This document shows positions 10,548 through 20,893 of a stretch of 36,828 bases of DNA, one piece after another. The stretch spans positions 1 through 36,828 of the forward strand of contig BLSG01000203.1 of the NCBI GenBank assembly GCA_012862495.1. The letters are read 5' to 3'. Positions within the stretch are counted from its first letter, which is position 1, and every line of letters starts with the position of its first letter. Source of the DNA: Thraustochytrium aureum (lineage: Eukaryota). The notes under the pieces were generated by a model. The model was not told the origin of the DNA. It saw only the letters and a program-made list of their open reading frames with translations, and made no database searches. The position numbers were made by a program, and so were the translations under genes.

Positions 10548-13500
10548 ATGCCGAAAGGGCCCGAAACCCACCAAACCAGCCCAAAAACACGGAGAAAGCA
10601 CGACGACAAACCGAAGATCAATTCCTCCCCGAGGCCAGTTCCCCCGAAGCCACTCGCCGAGAGGCGACGTCCCGCACGAGGAAGTACCGACAGGGCCNNN
10701 NNNNNNNNNNNNNNNNNNNNNNNNNNNNNNNNNNNNNNNNNNNNNNNNNNNNNNNNNNNNNNNNNNNNNNNNNNNNNNNNNNNNNNNNNNNNNNNNNNNN
10801 NNNNNNNNNNNNNNNNNNNNNNNNNNNNNNNNNNNNNNNNNNNNNNNNNNNNNNNNNNNNNNNNNNNNNNNNNNNNNNNNNNNNNNNNNNNNNNNNNNNN
10901 NNNNNNNNNNNNNNNNNNNNNNNNNNNNNNNNNNNNNNNNNNNNNNNNNNNNNNNNNNNNNNNNNNNNNNNNNNNNNNNNNNNNNNNNNNNNNNNNNNNN
11001 NNNNNNNNNNNNNNNNNNNNNNNNNNNNNNNNNNNNNNNNNNNNNNNNNNNNNNNNNNNNNNNNNNNNNNNNNNNNNNNNNNNNNCCCGCGCACGGCTGA
11101 TGGGCCGCATGCCGCCGCGCGAGGCGCGCGGCCTCCTTGGGCGCGAGCGGTTCTTGAAGCGCCTCGCGAAGCTCATGTTCGATAAAGGCGAGCGCCTGCT
11201 GAAAGTATACGGCGCGGAGGGGTCTGGGAAGACCGCGGTAGCGAGAGAGTTAGTGCACGAGCTGAAAGACCGGTTCCCCGGCGGCGTGATTTGGCTCAAC
11301 GGGGGCACCATGGTCTGGGACGCCTACCACGTCCTCGTGGACGACCTCGGGCTGCAATCGTACTCGAACACGCTGGACGTGGAGCAGCTGCAGCAGCGCC
11401 TGTGGAAGTACTTTTACGACAACCCGGACCCGTGGCTCCTCGTCATCGACGACGCAAACGACGACGCGCTCGAATGGGTGCCGCCGCTGTCAATGGTTCG
11501 CAACGGGTTCGTGCTGGTCACCGCCAAGGCCAAATCGGGACGGGACGAGTCGCTGCGGGTGGAGCTCCCCCTGTTGACCGCCAAGTCGCTCACTGACGTG
11601 GTGCTGAGGTACGCTCAGCTGCAGAAGTGCAAGACGAAGACGGTCATGGCGTGGACAGACTCGTTCCACCTGTGCCGCAACCTGCTCGGCGTGCGGCTCC
11701 TGGGTTTCCTGAGGTCCACGTACGAGCTGTCCTTGGAAGAGCTCCTGCGCCGCTACGACGCGGCCATGCAAAAGTCGGTGATGCCAGACCTGGGCAGCAT
11801 CCTCGACCGGTACACGCTGCGCCACCACACGGCGGACCTGCGCAGCGTTGGCGTGCTCAACGCAATGGACTTTGTGCGGGGGCGCCCCTGGACGGCGCTG
11901 GAGGGCCTTTCCCGCAAGGAGCTGTACATGTTTGAAAAGATCCAGGAGAACCTGCACCGGTCCAGGAACCGATTGAGCACCAAGGTGCTCTGCAAGATGT
12001 GGCGCGACATCCTCGCCACGGACGCCGACGGCGCCTCCGCGCGGGCGCGCGAGGTCTGGGACCTCCTCCGCGCCAGCAGCTGCTTCAGCGCGCGCTACAT
12101 TCCACCCGACCTGCTGGCGACTGAGCTGACCGCCATGGAGGTGGACCCCGCCAGCGCAGGGCAGTACGGCGACCTCATCTACTTTTCCGGCCCGCCGGCG
12201 GACCGGTCNNNNNNNNNNNNNNNNNNNNNNNNNNNNNNNNNNNNNNNNNNNNNNNNNNNNNNNNNNNNNNNNNNNNNNNNNNNNNNNNNNNNNNNNNNNN
12301 NNNNNNNNNNNNNNNNNNNNNNNNNNNNNNNNNNNNNNNNNNNNNNNNNNNNNNNNNNNNNNNNNNNNNNNNNNNNCGCTGCTGGACGCCGTTCGCAGCA
12401 TCCACCAAAAGAACAACGACAAGAACCGCGCCCTCGCCAAGCGAGCGCTCACCAACTTGCATGGGTACTGCATGGACAGCGTTTTTGCCGCGGACCAAAA
12501 GGTGGTCGGAATCGCCGAGTGCGACGACCGCGCGTTTCGCGCCGTGACAATGGGCGTGCTCCCGCACGTGTTTCTCGCCTCGGGCCTCGTCGCCGATCTG
12601 CTGCTCAAAGGCTCGTCCACCGGGGACGAGCCCGTGGATCGCGACGCCTTGCCCGAGGACTTTGTGGCTGCCCGCCTGACGCGGCGCCACTCGCTCTTCT
12701 CTGTCGCGTCGGGCGGGAGCGCGGCCTCTGCGGCCGCCGCTGCGGCGTTGAGCGAGTCGACGCGGCAGCCGCCTTCGGTGCTCGGTGGCGGCAGCAGCAG
12801 TGCGCTGAGGATTGCTGCGCGTACCACGCGGGGCCAGAAACCCAGGACGGGCACGGCGGCTGCAACCGCAGAGTCGAAGGGGGACGTCGAAGGAGAGGCG
12901 CATGACGACGAGGACGACGAGGACGAGGACGTGGAAGAGGCCGACCAAGTACATGCTGACCAAGGAGGCCGCCGAGCCGGTGGAGGGCGCGTCGGTGTCG
13001 ACGGGGCCACACTCGGCGAGGCCCGGGGGCCGACCGCCGCTTGGAGGAAGAGTTGCGCGTCAGCTCCAGAGACCCGACCGAGGCAGAGTGCGAGCCCGAG
13101 CGCGAGGCCAAGCCGCAGCAAAGCCCGAGCGACAAGATCCGCGAGCGGCCGCGGCGCTCGAGCGCCTTTGTGAGCGGGTCGGGGCCTCTGCTCAAGCAGA
13201 TCACACGGCGTTTCACGCCGCGGGCGAAGCGCTTCAAAACCCGCGGGTGTTGCTGGCCGACCTGGCGCTCGTGCAGGGCATGCTGCTGATGATCCTGCAG
13301 CTGGGGTCGTTCCGGATTAAGCAGGCCGAGACCCTGTTCCGCAAGGCCCTCCAGACGTACACCAAGTGCGACGAGCGGTCTCTGGTGCTGTCCACGAAAT
13401 ATCTGGTTGGGCTCTGCTTGTTCCGGTGCAGCAGGCTCGGCGAGTGCATCCGCATGTGGGAGGAGGTCGTTGACGTGGCGAGCGACGCGGGCCAGCGCGC

Positions 13501-14128
13501 GTTCACCATCACCTCGCTGGCCGTCGCGCACGCCGTCGCTACCGAGCCGCGCAAGTCGATCCCTCTGTTGGAGGAGTCGCTCAAGCAGGTCGGCAAGGAC
13601 CTCGTCGGTGCGAGAACCTACGTGGCGCTCAGCAACATCTACCGCTCGCAGGGTCTGTTGAGTGAGAGCATCGCCTCGATGGATTCGGCAATGGCCATCT
13701 ACGACGACCTCTGCCCTCTGTCGTTCATGAGCGCCGAGGCGCACAGCTTTCTTGGGGCTGCGCACCACGAGCTCGGCAGCGAGGAACGCGCTCTCGTGCA
13801 CATCGAGGAGGCGATCTCTATCTACTCGTCCACGGAAGCGCGTATCATCCAGCTGTGCGAGGCGCATAGCCGCCTGGGGTCTCTTCTGCAGAGCATTGGC
13901 CGTTTAGAGGAGGCGGTCGATGCGTACCTTCGCTGTCTCGAGCAGTCAGACATGCTTTTCGGCACCATCGTCGATCACCCAGACAACGTGCAGGTCATCC
14001 GTTCGCTCGCAGACTGCTACAAGCGCCTGGGCCAGGAGGCCCTCGCCGAGCAGTACGCCGACAAGGCGCGGGCGATGCGCAAGCGCCTCAGCGCGTGGGG
14101 CTCTGCCTTCTCCAGCTTGGAGCTGTGA
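10548..14128 (+). CDS. STAND-class P-loop NTPase (NB-ARC-like) with C-terminal TPR repeats; two gaps and at least one frameshift; start uncertain
   Basis: 11086-12208: LLGRERFL, Walker A VYGAEGSGKT (about 11211), FPGGVIWL, Walker B WLLVIDDA, GFVLVTAK, VELPLLT. 12377-12940: helical region and acidic linker. 13240-14128: TPRs such as AHSRLGSLLQSIGRLEEAVDAYLRCLE and DHPDNVQVIRSLADCYKRLG. Joining the pieces into one gene is inference. Confidence 0.72.
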
Positions 14129-14960
14129 GGGGCACGAACACTAATGATCCTTATCCTTTACTTGCCCTTGTCTTTCTTTCTTTCTTGATCCATCGATCAA
14201 TCAATGCATCCGCCGTTGTTCAGCGCCCCGCCTCGACGACTCGATCCCTTCTGGATCCCGAGATCAGAACAGCAATTCCCCGCTTGGTGCACGGAAGCCC
14301 GAGGCGCGGTCGGGTCGGAGGCTCGGAGGGCGGCGCTGATTCCTCGACAGCAAAGAAACGCGAACGCCCTCAGACTCAGGGCGGTTGCCCGGGCGCCAAG
14401 GCGGCGTGCTGCGGAGCAAGATAACAAGATCGCCAGACCAAACTGCTGTGCACAAGATCGCAAGCGCGCGGGACGCGGCCGCTGACGTGATCCGTACATC
14501 GGCCCGGGTCGAATGACGACTACCGACCCTCTGGAGTTTTCTTCGGTTTTGCATTTTGACCTGCTTGTGACTTGCGAGTTGGCGAAGACCGCGCCTGCTC
14601 GCGCCGCTCACGATCATGCCCAACCCTCGGAGGCCAGGGCGGATCTCCTGGGAGAGGCCGCTCTCGATGGATCTTGCCAACTTCGCTGTGCCAAGCCAGA
14701 GCGTCGGCTTCCGACCACGGGACGAATGGGATGGTCGAATGGCCGGCAAACCCCGAATCAATCGGAGCGTTGGTTTGATCACTTGGCAAGCGCAAGAGAC
14801 GCAGCGGCACGGAAAGCAAGAGCGGCACAAGGCAGCGACGCTGTTTGGACCCTCGGCCGCGCACGCCACTCGCGGCGCGGCGGGCGCCGAAAGGGCGCAC
14901 AGAGTTCACCTTGATCCTCTGGCCTGGGTGCCATTGATCTGAGCCCGCGCGAAGCGCACC

Positions 14961-15089
14961 ATGAACAACGCGACGCGGCTCGCCTCGCGAAGGACGGCCC
15001 ACTTGGTGCGGCAGCGGGCCTTGTCAACCAAGTCGGACGACTCGCAGAACGGCATGGCCTTTCTCGCCATCCTCGGACTCGCAGCAGCT
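14961..15089 (+). CDS. 5' end of a small, probably mitochondrion-targeted membrane protein, truncated by the gap
   Basis: MNNATRLASRRTAHLVRQRALSTKSDD: Arg/Ala/Leu/Ser-rich, no acidic residues before R-x-L-S-T; followed by hydrophobic MAFLAILGLAAA. Confidence 0.5.
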
Positions 15090-15543
15090 NNNNNNNNNNN
15101 NNNNNNNNNNNNNNNNNNNNNNNNNNNNNNNNNNNNNNNNNNNNNNNNNNNNNNNNNNNNNNNNNNNNNNNNNNNNNNNNNNNNNNNNNNNNNNNNNNNN
15201 NNNNNNNNNNNNNNNNNNNNNNNNNNNNNNNNNNNNNNNNNNNNNNNNNNNNNNNNNNNNNNNNNNNNNNNNNNNNNNNNNNNNNNNNNNNNNNNNNNNN
15301 NNNNNNNNNNNNNNNNNNNNNNNNNNNNNNNNNNNNNNNNNNNNNNNNNNNNNNNNNNNNNNNNNNNNNNNNNNNNNAATCTGTACCATCGTCATCGTCA
15401 ACGTCAACATCGTCAACCATCATGATACCAAACAGGCCCTGAGAAGCGCCGCTTTTTTTCCCCCACTCTCTCAACACGTTTTTGAAAAAAAAATCAAATC
15501 CAAAATGAGATGTCGAACAGACGGTCAGTCAGTCAGACTCCAA

Positions 15544-15802
15544 TCGTCGCGAGGCGCTCGTCGACCGATCTCTTTGCGAGGCGCTCGTCGACCGTCCACC
15601 GGTCGTCGCGAAGCGCTGCCGCTCGTGCACCGGTCGTCGCGAAGCGCTGCCGTTCGTGCATTGGTCGTCGCAGTGCGCTGAAGCGCTGCCGCTCGTGCAT
15701 TGGTCGTCGCAGTGCATCGGTCGTCGCGACGCGCCACCGATCGTCTATCGGTCGTCGCCAAGCGCCTCTCGTCGTCCACCGATCGTAGCGAAGCGCCACC
15801 GG
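15544..15802. repeat. Degenerate CpG-rich minisatellite with a unit of about 31 bp
   Basis: Consensus near CACCGGTCGTCGCGAAGCGCTGCCGCTCGTG; the GGTCGTCGC core recurs six times, with further degenerate copies at each end. Confidence 0.8.
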
Positions 15803-15957
15803 CCATTCACCCACCAGCCACGCCACGAGCCGACTGCCCAGCTCGCCACCCAGCTCTCCTTGAAAGGCGCGGGCCAGTGAGCCGGACAAGTGCGAGGCCC
15901 TGCTCGGAAACGCAGGGCTGACTAGGCGCTGGTGCGGCGATCGCTAAACCCCAGCCC

Positions 15958-18567
15958 ATGGAGTGGGCGGACGACATGTGGGTGGTGAGCGGGCCGGCAA
16001 TCGTGAGGCGGAGCTGCAGCAAAAGAAATGGCCCTGGCACAGAGACGGCCGCGCAGACACCGACGCAGCTCAAGGGCGAGCCGCGACTCCAAGCAAAGCC
16101 ACATGAGCCGCTGCGCCAGGTTCCACAGCCACAAGAACCACACGAGGGCCGTCTCGATGATCCTGGAATCGTTTCCGAGACGGTCGCGAAGCAAGACACG
16201 CTGCCTGGCGCACGCAGTGCAGTTCTTTGCCATGGCGAGACTTGCACGAGATGTGGCGTGTGTGGCGACGGCAGCAACCTAGAGAGCAACCCGCTTTTGC
16301 GGTGCGAGGCCTGCGCGGTGCTTGTTCACCGAGTCTGTGTCGGCGAGATGGCCAACCTCGGGCGCCCCTTCAAGTGTCGCCCTTGCTGGGCGGACGCAAC
16401 CGGTTTGACGACTCGCTTCCCTGACGCGGGGCGCACCCCTGAGCGGCGATGTCAGCTGTGCCCCAACAGGGGCGGGGCGCTCGTCGAGGTCGAAGGGGCG
16501 AATTTCAGCTTGTGGGCCCACATCATGTGTGTAAGTTTTCTGCAGCTAGCTCCCAGATCGCCGCGTCAAGGGCCCGGTTGCTGACGATCTGCGCGGTCTT
16601 AGGTCATCTGGGTGCCAGAGCTCTGGTTTGGCGACCCCGCGAAACTCAGCCCTGCATGCGGGACGCACGAGAGCAAAGTCGTTCTGGACAGGTTCAAGCT
16701 CAAGTGTTGCGTGTGCGGCCAGCGCAACGCAGGCGCATGCATCCAGTGCGGGGACAAAAAGTGCATGGCCGCTGCGCACGTAAGCTGCGCAATGGCAAGC
16801 GGCATGTACCTGCGGTACAACGAGGACGCGCGCGGGGACCTGCGCATGGACTGCTTTTGCCGCAAGCACGAGCCGGAGCGACTCGCGGATGCACCAAGCA
16901 GCCTCGAAAGCCTCAACATGTCCAGAGGCGACGGCGCGCCAAGCGCTGTGCTGCAATTGCTACGCGAGTGGGACCGGCCCAAGCAAAACAAACCGGCCAA
17001 GCAAAACAAGCCAGTCAAGCAAAAGGCCTCGGGAAAGAAGCGCAAGTCCCCGGACGGACCCCAGGCGCGCGACAGCGACATTCGATGGGGGAGCGCGTCC
17101 TCGTGCGACGGGTCCGTTGGGCTTGCGTCTTTTGGAAGCACGAGCACACCGCCGGCGGAGGGCGACGCCGGACGCCAGCGAAGCAGGCTCCGCAAGCTCG
17201 GGGACGCCGGGCTCATCTCGCCAACGAACGAGCCTTGGGGGTCGCCGCAGATCACAGACATCGCTGAGATTGTCAAGTCTGCAGCGAAGAACCACTTTTG
17301 CCCGCTCAGTGTCCCGCAGGCCTGCGCTCTCCTGTGCGAGGCGGCCCAGCGCACCGAGCTGCCGGCGCTTGGTGCGCCGCTCGCCCCGTTGCCAGCGCTG
17401 GAGAGCCTGCCCTCAGGCGACTTTGCAGAGGTCCTTGAGCAGCATCCCGCAGTTCCGTGCGCTTCCGCTGTAGAGCGGGTCCGTGCTGCCCTCGGCGACG
17501 TCAGCGACAAGCAGGTGCGATTGGATGTCGGGATGGACTGCATCGCCGCCTCTTTGTCCTCCGAGGAGCTGCAGGACAGCGGGCTGCGAGGCTTGGCCTT
17601 GGTGGGCGCGGAGAACAAATCCCTTGCCGCGCTCGCTTGGAAACTCTTCGAGGCTCGGTTGCCTGCGCAGGCCTCACGCCGCGTTGCCAACGCGTCTGTC
17701 CTCGAGGCTCGCGACGCGCACGCAGCTGGATGCCTCGTGCTAGCCCTCGCGCACTGGCTCGTAGAGACGAGCGGCTCGCCGGCTGTGGAGCGACTCTACG
17801 TCCGCGTTTGGAAGACCTGGGAACCGTTCATGCGCGCGGCGTTCCAAGTCGGGCCCGCCCTCTGCGGCGCGGGCAGCGGGGCGGTTAGCTGTGTGCTTCA
17901 GGTCAACCTCGCCCTGGCCGACCTAGAGCAGGCGGCGAGAGCCCTGACGCCGACCAAGGCGGTCATCAGCTTGCGGCAGACGAGTTTCGAGGGTTTTGTT
18001 ACGGCCCCGAGCCAAAGCGCAGCAGCGCTCGTGTCACGGCAAGAAGCTGGGGGCCATGCCTCAGCTCATACCTTGGACGTTTTGTCCGTCGAGGCCTTTC
18101 GTTCTCCTGCGCCTCCGTCGACAGGGCCCTTGGCGCGAAACAAGCTCGCTCGCCTCGAGGCCGAGCTCGGCGCGTGCGCAAGGCACAACGATGCGGCGCT
18201 GGCCTCGCTCGTCGCGCGCATATCGCGCAAGGTTCCGGAGGAGGCGGCCTTAGAAGCGCGCCTCGCTGAAATCGATGCAGCTTTTGGAGCCAGGTTTGCA
18301 GGCAAAGTTGTTAGTTCGCAGGTCTGTGTCAACGTCCCAGACGCGGACGCGCACTGCTCGGTGTGCCGTGGAGGCGTGTCGGCTTTTGGGAACTTGATCG
18401 TCTTTTGCGACAGCTGCGAGCGAGGTTTCCACGAGCGCTGCCATGTCGAGAGGATCGACGTCTCAGCCACGGAGTGGTTTTGTTCGGCCTGCAGCGAATC
18501 GCGTGGCCCGCGCCGTCGCTCCGGCGTGACGCTCGCTCCGCCGGCGTTGACGGTTCAAGAGGCCTGA
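15958..18567 (+). CDS. PZP (PHD-Zn knuckle-PHD2) protein resembling JADE/BRPF/AF10/Nto1, with an extra C-terminal PHD finger; intron 16531-16602
   Basis: CGVCGD..NPLLRCEACAVLVHRVC..CRPC; CQLCPNRGGAL..WAHIMC|VIWVPELWF; LKCCVC..GACIQC..C..AAHVSCA..FCRKH; C-terminal CSVC..IVFCDSCERGFHERCH..WFCSAC. The 72-nt GTAAGT..CTGAC..TAG intron joins the two ORFs in frame. Confidence 0.9.
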
Positions 18568-19423
18568 GCGACAAGCACGTAGTTGGTATTTTGAGTCTGC
18601 TTTCCTTGCCGTAGAGCGTTCCTTGCCGTACTCTAAAGAGTTTCCGAGTAAACAACCCTGCTGCGAACGCAGCCTGCGCTGCCAGATCGAGGCGTCGTCG
18701 TCGTTGTTTTGTTTGGACCGGGCATGAGACTCTTGCTCTCGTGCAAACCCAGCCAGTTCTTGCTTGGCAGCCTTCGCGGAGTCCCGGCGCGCCACGGAGC
18801 ACCTCGCACGTTACGGGTCAAGCAAGCCCTACAGCGCAGCCAGTGATCCGCCAGCGCTTGACCGCCTTTGAGCCGCCCAAGCCATGCACAAGAACAAGAG
18901 CACATGAACGGGCGAGTCACGCGATGCGAGTCTTTCCACCATTTAGCCATGCAAGCACCTGCACGCTCTACATACGCACGAACAAGCGCGCACCACCGGC
19001 TCGGTGATCACCGCCGTGACGGTGAGCGAGCTCGTCGTCGTCGGAGCGTCGAGTAGCCAGTACTTTCGTCCCAACCTGGGAAGAGCTACCTACTCGAGCA
19101 TGCATGCTGTTGGGAGGAATGTACTCACGCAAGTACCGGCAGAGCACTGCTCACTTGCCGCGAGCTGGCGCAGCGCCAACTCGCTCGAGGTCCTTCCTCC
19201 CTCCGCCTCGATGCGCCAATGCCTGCCGCGACTCGCGCGGTCCCTCCACTCGCTCGTCAATAGCCCTAACTAATCGGCGGCGCCGCTCAGCCGCCTCGCC
19301 CAGAGTCCGCGCCCGCGCTGGGGCGGCAATTAGTGCGGCAGGATCGAGAGTTAGTGGATGGGGCATTCTGTGGCTGGCGCTGCGCGGGATGCTGCAGACC
19401 CCGAAAGCGAAGCGGCGCACGGC

Positions 19424-19479
19424 AGGCGGGCGGGCTGGCTGGCTGGCTGGCTGGCGAGCGAGCGAGCGAGCGAGCGAGC
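19424..19479 (+). repeat. Compound microsatellite (GGCG/GGCT)n(GCGA)n upstream of the PRPP synthetase gene
   Basis: ggcgggcgggctggctggctggctggctggcgagcgagcgagcgagcgagcgagc. Confidence 0.85.
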
Positions 19480-19561
19480 AACCGAGCGACCCGGGCGAGC
19501 GGGCGACCGTGGACGTTGCAGCCGCGCTTGGTCGGTCGTTGTGCGCGTCGAGCAGGACGGG

Positions 19562-20893
19562 ATGTCGCCGCTCGCCGTGATGGCCGCCTCCTCGAAGGCG
19601 GCCCGCGCCGTCAACGCCCGGATGGGATCCTTGCTGGCACGACGCGCGACCGGGATCGCACAGCGAAACATGTCGTTTAACGCAAACGCTGCTCTCCAGA
19701 CGGCCGGACGCTCCGGCTGGGCGCGGTACGGCGTGGCTGGCGGGCTTGGACTCGCTGGGCTTGCCAGCGTTTTCGGCGCCGCGGTTGTCGAAGCAGAAGA
19801 AGAGCGCAAGACAGCCGAGCCCGTGGAAGATTCAACGCCGCCGCCGCCGCCGCCGCCGCCGCCCTCCCCGGAGAACGATCAGGCCCAGGACGGAGCCGCG
19901 CCGCGCGTGAAAGCGACCAACACACTTCGCCTGTTCTGCGGCAACGCGAACAAAGAATTGGCGAACGAGGTAGCCCAACACCTCGGCTGCGAGATCGGCC
20001 AAGCCACCGTGAGCAAGTTTGAGGACGGCGAGGTCAACGTAATGGTCCACGAAAATGTGCGCGGCAAAGACGTCTATATCATCCAGCCAACCTGCACCCC
20101 GGTGAATGAAAACTTGATGGAGCTCATGCTCATGATCTCGACGATGCGGCGCGCCTCTGCCCGGCGCATCACTGCAGTGATCCCCTACTATGGCTATGCG
20201 CGGCAAGACCGCAAGATGACCGCCCGCGTGCCGATCTCCGCTGCCGATGTTGCCCGCCTGCTCGAGGCGATGGGCGTGGACCGCGTCGTCGCCGTGGACC
20301 TCCACTGCGGACAGATCCAAGGGTTCTTCGGTCCCAGGGTCCCAGTGGACAACCTGGACGGCGGCACGGTTGGAGTCAAGTACTTTGGCAAGAAGGGCCT
20401 GCACAACCCGGTGGTCGTCTCCCCGGACGCAGGCGGTGTATATCGCGCCAAAAAGTTTCGTGAGGGCCTCGCCAAGCTGCACAACGTGGAGGCCGGCCTT
20501 GCCATGATCATCAAGCAGCGCAACAAGCCCGGCGAGGTCGAGCGCATGGACCTGGTCGGCTCGGTGCGCGACTCTGACGTGATCATTGTGGACGACATGA
20601 TTGACACAGCCGGCACGCTCTGCAAGGCCGCCGGGGAGCTCGAGGCCCACGGAGCGCGCAAGGTGTACGCCTTTGCTTCGCATGGCATCTTCTCCGGCCC
20701 CGCAGACAAGCGCATCAAGGAGTCCGTGCTCCAGGAGGTCTGCGTGACGAACACGATCCCGCTTTCTGAGGGCTGCGCCGCCAACCCGAAGATCAAGACT
20801 CTGTCGGTCGCCAAGCTCATCGCTGGGGCCATCAGCCGCATTCACGAGAAGAAGTCGGTGTCGGCGCTGTTCTCGGACGACGAGTCGTACTAA
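19562..20893 (+). CDS. PRS: Ribose-phosphate pyrophosphokinase (class I PRPP synthetase) with N-terminal targeting extension; start 19562 or 19580
   Basis: KFEDGEVNV, ENVRGKDVYIIQPT, AVIPYYGYARQDRK, VDLHCGQIQGFF, VVVSPDAGG, PRPP-binding IIVDDMIDTAGT, ASHGIFSG. Confidence 0.96.
   Translation: MSPLAVMAASSKAARAVNARMGSLLARRATGIAQRNMSFNANAALQTAGRSGWARYGVAGGLGLAGLASVFGAAVVEAEEERKTAEPVEDSTPPPPPPPPPSPENDQAQDGAAPRVKATNTLRLFCGNANKELANEVAQHLGCEIGQATVSKFEDGEVNVMVHENVRGKDVYIIQPTCTPVNENLMELMLMISTMRRASARRITAVIPYYGYARQDRKMTARVPISAADVARLLEAMGVDRVVAVDLHCGQIQGFFGPRVPVDNLDGGTVGVKYFGKKGLHNPVVVSPDAGGVYRAKKFREGLAKLHNVEAGLAMIIKQRNKPGEVERMDLVGSVRDSDVIIVDDMIDTAGTLCKAAGELEAHGARKVYAFASHGIFSGPADKRIKESVLQEVCVTNTIPLSEGCAANPKIKTLSVAKLIAGAISRIHEKKSVSALFSDDESY

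Noticed and set aside
11490..13867. Long antisense ORFs here and opposite PRS, Patched and the PZP gene
   Set aside because: Shadow frames caused by GC-rich codon usage on the coding strand.
14150..14950. Several overlapping 90-200 aa ORFs
   Set aside because: No dominant frame or recognisable domain.
15544..15802. Repeat array as a CRISPR-like locus
   Set aside because: The sequences between cores resemble each other and vary in length; no cas genes; eukaryotic context.
19358..19561. ORF-track N-terminal extension of PRS
   Set aside because: It reads through a tetranucleotide microsatellite (AGWLAGWLASERASER); the downstream ATG begins a proper leader.
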